A stretch of 32,000 bases of DNA from an uncultured Methanosarcinales archaeon. GTDB taxonomy: Archaea > Nanobdellota > Nanobdellia > Woesearchaeales > UBA11576. The translations under genes and the position numbers were made by a program. Under the pieces are notes generated by a model. The model saw only the letters and a list, made by a program, of their open reading frames with translations, made no database searches and had not been told where the DNA came from. Positions 23,850 through 31,671 of the stretch are shown here, one piece after another (the first letter of the stretch is position 1; each line of letters begins with the position of its first letter). The DNA lies in assembly GCA_964643595.1 (NCBI GenBank), contig CAZXTQ010000001.1:1-32000 (forward strand), in the 5' to 3' direction.

Positions 23850-25351
23850 TGCTGAAGTATATGGGATATCTTTTATTGATATTCTCTGTATTCCCTTTCT
23901 TGCCGATAGTGGTTGCAATATACTATGGTGAACCTTTCCTTGCGTTTTTTGCGCCAGTGTTGGTATCGGTTCTGCTCGGTCTTTTCTTGCTGTTTCGTTC
24001 GAAGAACTACAATAAGAGTTTGCGTGTTACGGATTTTGATCTTCCACGCAGCATTTCTTTGAGCGCGCTTTCTTTCATAACTATTTCGATAATAGGATCG
24101 TTGCCTTATCTTATCATCCAAAAGACTTCAATAGTTGATTCTGTTTTCGAGTCTGTTTCTGGTTTCACCACGACAGGTCTTACCATTCTTATGGATGTGG
24201 AATCAGTTTCAAGATCACTTCTTATCTGGCGTGCTGAGACTCAGTGGATCGGTGGACTGAGCATTGTCCTTTTGTTTTTGGTTATCATATCTGCGATGCG
24301 TAGCCAGGATTCTTTGAAAGAGACGACTACAAAAGCAAGGACAATAGCTATTCTTTATCAGGCTCAGGGTGCTTCCGAGAAGATAGAGGCGAACATGCGT
24401 AAGTCTATGAGGAGAATTTTCTATATTTATCTGTTCTACACCGTGTTCGGGATATTCCTTCTGTACATAACAGGCCTTACGGTTTTTGAGTCTGTTGCGA
24501 TCGCGTTCACAGCGATATCTACTGCTGGTTTCTCTGTGACAAATCAGTTCTATACTTACTGGCCGACTCTTGCGGTTGTCTCGCTATTGATGCTTGCAGG
24601 TGGAATATCTTTTGTCGTGCATAATCGTTTTTTCAGGGGTTTTTTGCGTGACATGTGGCACGACAGCAATCTTAAATTTTACATTTTGAGTATTGTGTTG
24701 GCGATAGCAGGGTCTTTTGTCCTGATTGGTGATTTCAAGGTTGCTTTTTTTGAGATCCTTTCTGCGTTTACTACTACTGGTTATAGTATTGCTGATATCA
24801 ACTTTCTTCCTCAAATTGTAATACTTATCATATTTATAGGGATGATAACTGGCGGTATGATTGGTTCTACTTGTGGCGGTATCAAAACTAACCGAATAAA
24901 GCTTATGTTAAAGTCAATTCCTTGGATGGTGCGTAAGGCTTCAAGTCCTTCTGGCGCTATTATTCCTCTGAAAGATAACAAAGTTTCTGTGAGTGAGAAT
25001 AATGTGATGATAACACAGGCGTTCATAGCGTGTTATGTTCTTATTCTCATAATAGGCACGGGGATTATAATGTTGACTGGAGAGTCTTTTCTTGATTCTT
25101 CTTTTCAGACTGTGAGCGCTCTTGGTGGTGTTGGTCTGAGCACAACAAGTCCTGCGATGATGGCTTATTCAGCAAAGGTTGTTCTTATAATTGCTATGTT
25201 GTTCGGCAGGCTTGAGATAATACCTGTTCTTGTGCTTGGCAAGGTATTCTATGATAGGGTTCGTTCCAAGGTGCGTAAGAGTGAGGAAGATTCAAGGAAA
25301 CTTTTTTATACTAAGTGGCTTCCTTCTGATGTATGGAAGAGGAAACTCTGA
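23840..25351 (+). CDS. trkH: K+ transporter membrane subunit TrkH/KtrB family.
   Basis: 503-aa polytopic protein with repeated selectivity-filter-like segments SGFTTTGL, STAGFS, TTTGYS and GGVGLS. Overlaps the end of trkA. Confidence 0.8.
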   Translation: MEIVLKYMGYLLLIFSVFPFLPIVVAIYYGEPFLAFFAPVLVSVLLGLFLLFRSKNYNKSLRVTDFDLPRSISLSALSFITISIIGSLPYLIIQKTSIVDSVFESVSGFTTTGLTILMDVESVSRSLLIWRAETQWIGGLSIVLLFLVIISAMRSQDSLKETTTKARTIAILYQAQGASEKIEANMRKSMRRIFYIYLFYTVFGIFLLYITGLTVFESVAIAFTAISTAGFSVTNQFYTYWPTLAVVSLLMLAGGISFVVHNRFFRGFLRDMWHDSNLKFYILSIVLAIAGSFVLIGDFKVAFFEILSAFTTTGYSIADINFLPQIVILIIFIGMITGGMIGSTCGGIKTNRIKLMLKSIPWMVRKASSPSGAIIPLKDNKVSVSENNVMITQAFIACYVLILIIGTGIIMLTGESFLDSSFQTVSALGGVGLSTTSPAMMAYSAKVVLIIAMLFGRLEIIPVLVLGKVFYDRVRSKVRKSEEDSRKLFYTKWLPSDVWKRKL

Positions 25352-26223
25352 ACAATTATATCAAGGCAGGCAATATTGCAGCGCAAGCTTTGGAGTTTGG
25401 CCGAGGACTTGTTAAGCCTGGGACAAAGATTCTTGACATTGCAGAAAAGATCGAGGCGAAGATAGTTGACCTCGGAGCCATGCCTGCTTTTCCTGTGAAT
25501 ATTTCTTTTGATGATACTGCTGCGCATTACACTCCTACTCCTGGAGATGATACTCTGTTTGACAAGCAGGTTGTGAAGCTTGATGTTGGTGCACATGTTG
25601 ATGGTTGTGTTGGTGGTGATACTGCGGCTACTATTGACTTGAGCGGAAAATATTCTGAGCTTGTCAAAGCTTCTCAGGACGCACTCGCTGCTGCGACAAA
25701 AGTTTTGCAGGTTGGAGCAACTCTTGGTTCTATAGGTAAGGAGATTGAGCAGGCTATTGAGTCTCATGGACTCAAGCCAGTGCGTAACCTTTCAGGTCAT
25801 GGTCTTGGAGAGTGGACTGTGCATACGGGTATAACAATACCTAACTTTGATACTGAAGACCCTACTGAGTTGGAAGATGGTATGACTATTGCTGTCGAGC
25901 CGTTCGCATCAACGGGTGTAGGTCTTATCCAGGACAGAGGCAATCCTTATATCCACTCACTTACCAACCGCAAACCAGTAAGAAACCAAGTGACAAGGCA
26001 GGTGATGAAGAAGATTGACCAGTACGGTTCTCTTCCTTTCGCGACGAGGTGGCTGGCGAAAGATCTTCCTTTGTTCAAGGTCAACTTTGCACTTAAAGAA
26101 CTGAATCAACTCGACATACTGAAATCCTATGCACCTCTTGTCGAGAAGTCTGGCGGCATTATTTCTCAGGCAGAGAACTCTTTCTATATTGGAGATAAGG
26201 TAATCACGCTGACAAAGATATGA
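25333..26223 (+). CDS. map: Type 2 (archaeal/eukaryotic) methionine aminopeptidase.
   Basis: YIKAGNIAAQALEFGRGLVKPG, AAHYTP, KLDVGAHVDGCVGGDTAATI and GHGLGEW are MetAP2-type motifs. 296 aa. Confidence 0.85.
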   Translation: MEEETLNNYIKAGNIAAQALEFGRGLVKPGTKILDIAEKIEAKIVDLGAMPAFPVNISFDDTAAHYTPTPGDDTLFDKQVVKLDVGAHVDGCVGGDTAATIDLSGKYSELVKASQDALAAATKVLQVGATLGSIGKEIEQAIESHGLKPVRNLSGHGLGEWTVHTGITIPNFDTEDPTELEDGMTIAVEPFASTGVGLIQDRGNPYIHSLTNRKPVRNQVTRQVMKKIDQYGSLPFATRWLAKDLPLFKVNFALKELNQLDILKSYAPLVEKSGGIISQAENSFYIGDKVITLTKI

Positions 26224-26226
26224 TAA
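26164..26226 (+). repeat. Left copy of a 63-bp direct repeat (the authentic 3' end of map).
   Basis: Matches 27184-27246 at an offset of exactly 1020 bp, with 3 mismatches (26193, 26219, 26221). Confidence 0.85.
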
Positions 26227-26381
26227 GAACTGACTGCATCTGTACCACCACGGTTATGCGACTCTATCAATAACCTATTTAGTTGCATTATGAAAATGAC
26301 TCAGAATTGTTCTTTTTAAATGAGTGGTTCTTTGTCATCTGCAATAATTTTAAATAGTATGTAAATAAATATTGTATTAAG

Positions 26382-26972
26382 ATGCAGAATGCATATCATA
26401 TTGAAAATGGCGCTATTGTTATGAAACGGGAACTGACTGATTTAGACAGGTTTGTCAAGGATTTCCTTGAAGTATTGCAGAATCATTCGTGTCATTTGAT
26501 TGTTAGCGGTTTTGTCAGCATTTCTTCAGGAAGGACTCGAGGAACAGAAGATGTTGATGTCTTGGTACCTGTCATGGGAAAATCAAAATTTATTGAATTG
26601 TTCAAGAATCTGCAAGAATCAGGTTTTTGGTGCTACCAGGGGGAGACTGCAGAAGAAGTGTATGATTATTTCAAAGAGTTGTCAAGCATAAGGTTTGCAA
26701 GGACTGATGAATTATTTCCTAATATGGAAGTCATTCCTATAGATGAGACAAGAAAAGCTAAATTTTTTGAATTTAATCATCCGCAGAAGATGCGAGTACA
26801 GGATTTTGAGTTTAATATTCCTCCAATAGAATTTGAGATAATGTATAAGGAAATGGTATTGAAAGGTAAGAAAGATATTGAAGATGCACGTCATTTGAGA
26901 GTGATGTTTTCAGAATTGATTAACAAGGGTAAGTTCAAAGAGTATGAACTTGTTATAAAACAGGAGTTATGA
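26382..26972 (+). CDS. Nucleotidyltransferase-fold protein (MNT/AbiEii-like minimal NTase).
   Basis: SGFVSISSGRTRGTEDVDVLV fits the pol-beta NTase pattern G[SG]x(9-13)DxD. Encoded inside the repeat-bounded cassette. Confidence 0.5.
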   Translation: MQNAYHIENGAIVMKRELTDLDRFVKDFLEVLQNHSCHLIVSGFVSISSGRTRGTEDVDVLVPVMGKSKFIELFKNLQESGFWCYQGETAEEVYDYFKELSSIRFARTDELFPNMEVIPIDETRKAKFFEFNHPQKMRVQDFEFNIPPIEFEIMYKEMVLKGKKDIEDARHLRVMFSELINKGKFKEYELVIKQEL

Positions 26973-27175
26973 TGAAAAAATTGACTGATTTGGATTATGT
27001 AGAGTTATATGCTTCAAAAATGAAGCATGATAATCGTCTCTTTGTGCAACAAGGCAGATTGATAGATTCCCAGATGCAGAGCAGTTCAGCCATATTCAGG
27101 AACATGTTCAAAGGTGCTGATTTCAAGACGGGTGCTAGGGAATACTTGCGGAAGATTGGGCTATTGAAGAACTGA
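26969..27175 (+). CDS. 68-aa hypothetical protein, translationally coupled to the NTase gene.
   Basis: ATGA start/stop overlap with the upstream gene. It shares an N-terminal LTDLD motif with the NTase protein. Confidence 0.4.
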   Translation: MMKKLTDLDYVELYASKMKHDNRLFVQQGRLIDSQMQSSSAIFRNMFKGADFKTGAREYLRKIGLLKN

Positions 27176-27183
27176 TTACTAAC

Positions 27184-27246
27184 TCTCAGGCAGAGAACTC
27201 TTTCTATATTGGTGATAAGGTAATCACGCTGACAAAGACAGGATAA
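27184..27246 (+). pseudogene. Right copy of the 63-bp repeat, an orphan duplicate of the map 3' end (would encode ...SQAENSFYIGDKVITLTKTG*).
   Basis: Near-identical to 26164-26226. No upstream ORF is joined to it. Confidence 0.8.
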
Positions 27247-27264
27247 ACAAGAGTTAGGTATTTT

Positions 27265-27567
27265 TCAGGGTTTCTTATTCAACTTCCTCAGATATTTTTC
27301 AAGATCCTTATAATCATTTTTTCTGTCTAGGAGACACACTAATATTATGTTAGGTTCAATTACTGCATATATCAATCTCATCTCGTTTGATTTTATATCT
27401 AACCTTACTCTGAACACTCTTGAGAAATTCTCTGAATTTATCTTTTTGTATCGGAATGGGTTCGCTTTTATGAGTTGTATCTTATTATATACGATTCTCT
27501 TGGATTTAGAATCTAGTTTCTTGATCTGTTCTCTGAACTTAATCAAAGCCTTGACAGTGTAGCTCAT
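27265..27567 (-). CDS. relE: Type II toxin, RelE/ParE family.
   Basis: 100 aa, with FRVRLDIKSNEMRLIYAVIEPNIILVCLLDRKNDY typical of RelE/ParE. Overlaps the upstream antitoxin gene by 4 nt. Confidence 0.7.
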   Translation of the reverse strand: MSYTVKALIKFREQIKKLDSKSKRIVYNKIQLIKANPFRYKKINSENFSRVFRVRLDIKSNEMRLIYAVIEPNIILVCLLDRKNDYKDLEKYLRKLNKKP

Positions 27568-27815
27568 TCTAGCAGAATCTTGTTGATCTCTTTTTCAGAT
27601 ACAACTTCACCTTTCTTTATTGATGATGCAATCAACTCATCAATTAGCTCTATCTCTTCTTTACTGAAAGTTTCATCATATTCGTTCTTATCAAACACTT
27701 TCTCTCTGATCGCCACAGTAGCTAATTCTTGTATGTTCCGAAATCCATAATGGTCTACATAGCTGTTTGCAGCATCCAAAAGGTTGTCAGGTAGTTTCAG
27801 ATTGATTTGTTGCAT
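27564..27815 (-). CDS. Ribbon-helix-helix (CopG-like) antitoxin.
   Basis: The N-terminus INLKLPDNLLDAANSYVDHYGFRNIQELATVAIREKV has an RHH pattern. It sits upstream of and overlapping the RelE-like gene. Confidence 0.65.
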   Translation of the reverse strand: MQQINLKLPDNLLDAANSYVDHYGFRNIQELATVAIREKVFDKNEYDETFSKEEIELIDELIASSIKKGEVVSEKEINKILLE

Positions 27816-27823
27816 ATTATCAC

Positions 27824-27841
27824 AGATATCTATAGATATCT
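27824..27841. promoter_or_regulatory. Perfect 18-bp palindrome AGATATCTATAGATATCT. Candidate RHH operator overlapping the TA promoter.
   Basis: The sequence is self-complementary. It starts 9 nt upstream of the antitoxin ATG, and a third AGATAT half-site lies at 27844-27849. Confidence 0.6.
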
Positions 27842-27910
27842 AAAGATATTTAAATGTTTTGGTGTTAAATCTAGAAAAACGCAAATTTATTCAAGAAAAA
27901 AGACCTTTAT

Positions 27911-29197
27911 TCACTTCAACTTCTTAACAATCCCTGCAATACTAAGAAATTCTTCTTTCCCTTCTTTCATGTCTTTGAGCTTGTACTTTCCAGACTTCAA
28001 CTCGTCGTCGCCGACAAATAATACAAATGGAATTCCTTTTTTGTTTGCGTAATCTAGGTTCTTTGATGCTCCGCGTCCCATGATGTCCATGTCGACTTTC
28101 ACTTCAGATGAACGTAATTCCTCACAAAGTGCGACACATTCATTCACGGTTCCGATAGGTATGACATATAACTGAGTGACTGTCTGTTTGCACACAGCAC
28201 TTTTTTTCACGTCGCTCAGCACTGCGGTTATAGGCTCGATGCCGAAACTGATACCGACAGCAGGGAATTCCTTGTTAGAACCCAAGAAGTCTCCTATCAT
28301 TTTGTCCCAGCGTCCTCCGCCAGACAATGATGAACTGAATACTTTTGGATCAGAGTAGAAAGCTTCGTACACTGTGCCTGTGTAATATGATAGTCCGCGA
28401 GCAAGCGAAAGGTTGAATATGACATTTTTTTCGTCGACATAAGACAGCAATTTTTCTATCTCTTGGAGTCCTTCGTCTGCCTGTTTATTATTTACCAAGG
28501 TCTTAAGTTTCTCGAGCTTTTCAAAATTACTACCCTCAAGAGCGAGTATTTCCATTAATTGTTCAACAGCTGCGTTGTTGACTCCCAGCAAGCTTATCTG
28601 TTTTTGGACTTCTTTGAGTCCTACTTTCTTCAATTTATCCACTTCGAGCACGGTTGCCATCCTTTTATCTGGCTCGATTTCGCAGGATTCCATTATTCCG
28701 TCAAGCAGTTTCCTGTTCGAGACTTCAATCACGACATCAAGTCCTAATTCTGCAAAGAATCTTTGTGCTATTTGGATGCATTGCGCGTCAGCGAGCATTT
28801 TCTTGGAGCCAATTATATCAACATCACACTGCCAGAACTCGCGGTATCTGCCTGTCTTGATAGGTCCGTCTCGAAAAACTCTTCCGATTGCATATCTTTT
28901 GAATGGCATCTTCAGTGTGGGGTTCATGCCTACGAAGCGTGCTAATGGGACTGTTAGATCGTAACGAAGGCCAAGATTTCTGTCTCCCTGATCCTTGAAC
29001 TGGAATGTCTCTTTCATAATTTCGGAGCCGCCAGCATACTTGGCACTAAGCACTTCAAACCGTTCGATTATAGGTGTTTCTATCGGTGAGAATCCGTACT
29101 GTTCAAAAGTTCTGCGAAGCAGGTCAATGACTTCCTGACGGATAATCTTCTCTTCAGGACCAAAATCCCTTGTTCCTCGTGCATTCATTAGTTTCAT
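27911..29197 (-). CDS. hisS: Histidine--tRNA ligase.
   Basis: MKLMNARGTRDFGPEE, LRYDLTVPLARF and GGGRWD are class II HisRS motifs. I prefer the ATG at 29197 to the track GTG at 29209, because the TATA box is centred about 28 nt upstream of 29197. Confidence 0.9.
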   Translation of the reverse strand: MKLMNARGTRDFGPEEKIIRQEVIDLLRRTFEQYGFSPIETPIIERFEVLSAKYAGGSEIMKETFQFKDQGDRNLGLRYDLTVPLARFVGMNPTLKMPFKRYAIGRVFRDGPIKTGRYREFWQCDVDIIGSKKMLADAQCIQIAQRFFAELGLDVVIEVSNRKLLDGIMESCEIEPDKRMATVLEVDKLKKVGLKEVQKQISLLGVNNAAVEQLMEILALEGSNFEKLEKLKTLVNNKQADEGLQEIEKLLSYVDEKNVIFNLSLARGLSYYTGTVYEAFYSDPKVFSSSLSGGGRWDKMIGDFLGSNKEFPAVGISFGIEPITAVLSDVKKSAVCKQTVTQLYVIPIGTVNECVALCEELRSSEVKVDMDIMGRGASKNLDYANKKGIPFVLFVGDDELKSGKYKLKDMKEGKEEFLSIAGIVKKLK

Positions 29198-29221
29198 GAT
29201 AAAAAGCACTAGTATGGGGTC

Positions 29222-29229
29222 TTTATAAA
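29222..29229 (-). promoter_or_regulatory. TATA box TTTATAAA for hisS (leaderless geometry).
   Basis: On the minus strand it is part of AAAACATTTATAAA (complement of 29222-29235), starting 9 nt from the left end of repeat copy 3. Confidence 0.5.
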
Positions 29230-29243
29230 TGTTTTCGATTTAT

Positions 29244-29393
29244 GGCTATTATGAAATCCTCAGCGTATTGAAAAGATGAATGCTGCCCCTGGCGACTTTA
29301 TTATCATAATAAATCGGGTTTCAGAAGTTAGCTCGACGTAAAGATTTGGTTTAGAACATCTATGGTTGCGGTGCTGCTATTATCGAGCTGAAC
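29244..29393. mobile_element. MITE-like palindromic repeat, copy 3 (left TIR intact, right TIR lost).
   Basis: Begins ggctattatgaaatcct (29244-29260) and carries the core at 29319-29346. The right arm degenerates after ...tcgagctgaac. Confidence 0.6.
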
Positions 29394-29420
29394 AAATAAA
29401 AAATGATTGTTGAGCGCATA

Positions 29421-29520
29421 CTCCGCAGCTTGCTGCGGAGATGAGGTCAACACCAAAAACCACGTGCAAAAATACGGGTCATGTTGCTTATAGCAACATA
29501 CCCCGTAGCTTGCTGCGGGG
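29421..29520 (-). terminator. Paired GC-rich hairpins plus one AT hairpin downstream of the 359-aa gene. Candidate terminator region.
   Basis: Hairpins ctccgcag-cttg-ctgcggag (29421-29440), atgttgc-ttata-gcaacat (29481-29499) and ccccgtag-cttg-ctgcgggg (29501-29520). T-runs follow on both strands. Confidence 0.4.
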
Positions 29521-29546
29521 TTTTTGATTAATAAAAGGATTTAGGA

Positions 29547-30626
29547 TTATCTCTTCCTGTTTTTGCTGAAGTAGAAGTTTCGCCATCCGCGTTTCAGTTT
29601 CCGCTTTTCGCGTCTTTCTTTCTCTTCTTTTGAAATCAGTGCTTTTTGTTTTGTTGCAGTTCTCTTGACGGCGGGTGCAGGCGGTCTTTGTTCTGATCTT
29701 TCTTCTTTCTGTACTCTTGCGACAAGGTCTCTTCCGATGTTCTGTGTTTCTGTCGGGCCTCTGACAACAAGGCCTTTCGCACTTTGGTTATACACGTCGA
29801 GGACAAGTTTTCTTAATTCCATGGGCGTGATTATCCTGTCTCTGATGCTGTCTGCATCCTGGAGTGCTTTGAGTCTGAAACTTTCAGGTATTCTCGCGTT
29901 AGCTCTCTTCTGTGCGTAGAACTTTCCGTCTCGGTTTTCTATTTTAACTGTGCCTGCGTATATGCCTGCTATTGTCATTAGTGTATTCTTGTTGTTTTCA
30001 AGAATCAGGTATCCGTCTTGGTACGTCTTCAAATGAGATTTCTGCACGAATGCTGCCTGCTTCTTGTATTGTTCAGTCGCGTCTGCAGCGACGGTAGGTT
30101 TTGCTGCCATTCGCTTGTCGTGTTTGAATCCTGAGCTTTTTGAAGATGCCTTTGGATGAGCTTTAGCCACAGCAGGCATTTCTTCTCGTGGAGGTATGTA
30201 ATCTGCTGATCTTCCTTCTTTGATGTTATGATAGATGTTCTTTGTAAGCCAGACTATTTCAGGAAACGTGATTATGTTGTCGCGGTTCTGGTCAGCGTCG
30301 TTCAGGACTCTTTCAAGTGCTGCTTCATAATCGTCTGTTGCCATGGATGTGCCTTCAGGTATGTTAACCCTGAACCCATCGTTCAATTTTTCTACTTCGC
30401 CGATTCCTGCGTAGACTGCGGCAAGCGGTCTTAATCTCTGGGTGTCTGTTTGCCTGAGCGCTCTGTTGCGGAGGTATCCTACGCGGGAGCTGTGTGTCCT
30501 GAGGATTTCTGATGCTTCTTGTTTTGTGGGTGCGGTCATCGCGGGTGTTATATTCACTCTGCTGGTCGCACATCCTTCAGAAGCTAATGCTGCTACTGCG
30601 AGTGCCAGTGTGTATAGTGCTTTCAT
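29547..30626 (-). CDS. Secreted or lipoprotein-like protein with an internal duplication, one EF-hand-type Ca-binding loop and a highly basic C-tail.
   Basis: Signal MKALYTLALAVAALASEGC. DQNRDNIITFPEI matches the EF-hand loop pattern (D-x-N-x-D-x-x-I-x-x-x-E). A second degenerate copy reads DADSIRDRIITPMEL. Confidence 0.6.
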   Translation of the reverse strand: MKALYTLALAVAALASEGCATSRVNITPAMTAPTKQEASEILRTHSSRVGYLRNRALRQTDTQRLRPLAAVYAGIGEVEKLNDGFRVNIPEGTSMATDDYEAALERVLNDADQNRDNIITFPEIVWLTKNIYHNIKEGRSADYIPPREEMPAVAKAHPKASSKSSGFKHDKRMAAKPTVAADATEQYKKQAAFVQKSHLKTYQDGYLILENNKNTLMTIAGIYAGTVKIENRDGKFYAQKRANARIPESFRLKALQDADSIRDRIITPMELRKLVLDVYNQSAKGLVVRGPTETQNIGRDLVARVQKEERSEQRPPAPAVKRTATKQKALISKEEKERREKRKLKRGWRNFYFSKNRKR

Positions 30627-30943
30627 TATGTATCATTCCTCATGTATTGATTATTATCTTTGTTTCAACCTGTCTTTTTGCTCAGAATTCTATTTTGAGG
30701 TGCTGGACTGTTGTCTGATTTTCTTTTCAGAATGTTTTCAATCCGTGCTACCCAAAAAGCTTTTGAGTACCTTATGGTATTAAGTTTTAGTTTATAAATC
30801 TTTCGCTTATTTACCACTTATAAATAGTAAATAAAAACCACTTCTAGACCTGCTCAAAACCGTGTTTTCTTCAGAGAAGCGTTTTTTCAAAATTTTTGCA
30901 TCTCAGGGTTTATACAGTGAGTGCCAATGCTGCTAGAATTGAG

Positions 30944-31585
30944 CTAAACAAATAATTTTCCTTTATTCCTTCCTCTCTGCTCAACTTTTTCAAGCCGAGA
31001 GATTGTTGCTTCGGCATTCATGTTGACAGATTTATACCCTTCTAACACAGAGTCAAAACATTTTGACCATATCCTGTGATGCCTTGACTCAAGTGCATGA
31101 CGTAACAGGTGAAGGTCTACTGCATAATCTTCTGTTTTGTTAGAAAAGAACGATAGTCCGAAGTCAATCAGAAAGACTTCATTTTTCTCAGAGTGTAATA
31201 TCATGTTGGATGTGGTAAGATCCTGATGTACTATTCCTTGATTATGCAGCGCACCTACTCGTGAACCGACTTCATGGCACACTTCAAGATACCTCATTGC
31301 ATCAGCTTTTTCCTCAAGATGATCGATGACTGTTTTTATCATCTCACCAGGTACGCGTTCCATCCTTACTTGCATTGACTTATCATCAACACTCAAAAGC
31401 TGCGGTGCTGGTATCTGTGCTTCAGAAAGCTTTGTCAATATTTTTGCTTCTCTGCGAGTTCGTGCTTTACGGAGTTTATTATCCAAGTCAGGATGTCTAT
31501 ACAACTTGGCAAACCTATCCTTGACAACAGCATCATCTTCTGCATAGATGATTGCTTCTGCTCCTTGTGCTATCTTGTCTGCCAT
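30944..31585 (-). CDS. bud32: Kae1-associated Ser/Thr kinase Bud32 (KEOPS subunit).
   Basis: QGAEAIIY, VHQDLTTSNMIL and FLIDFGLSF are the Bud32/RIO-type motifs. The ATG at 31585 fits a TATA-like AATAAAAA centred about 26 nt upstream. The track start is the GTG at 31600. Confidence 0.85.
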   Translation of the reverse strand: MADKIAQGAEAIIYAEDDAVVKDRFAKLYRHPDLDNKLRKARTRREAKILTKLSEAQIPAPQLLSVDDKSMQVRMERVPGEMIKTVIDHLEEKADAMRYLEVCHEVGSRVGALHNQGIVHQDLTTSNMILHSEKNEVFLIDFGLSFFSNKTEDYAVDLHLLRHALESRHHRIWSKCFDSVLEGYKSVNMNAEATISRLEKVEQRGRNKGKLFV

Positions 31586-31641
31586 ATCTGTAATTCTCAC
31601 TACCCTCTTTTTATTCTTTGCTGTTCATACCACCAAAAAAC

Positions 31642-31649
31642 TTATATAT
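31642..31649. promoter_or_regulatory. TATA box TTATATAT in the divergent bud32/RHH intergenic region.
   Basis: Centred about 26 nt upstream of the ATG at 31672, consistent with a leaderless RHH gene. Confidence 0.45.
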
Positions 31650-31671
31650 CCAAAGGATATACTATAGATAT

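Noticed and set aside
25306-25767. 153-aa minus-strand ORF.
   Set aside because: It lies antisense to the well-supported methionine aminopeptidase gene and has Ser/Arg/Leu-rich shadow composition.
29501-29525. Hairpin followed by TTTTT read as a + strand intrinsic terminator.
   Set aside because: No + strand gene ends upstream of it, because both neighbouring genes are on the minus strand. I therefore treat the hairpins as minus-strand or bidirectional structures of uncertain function.
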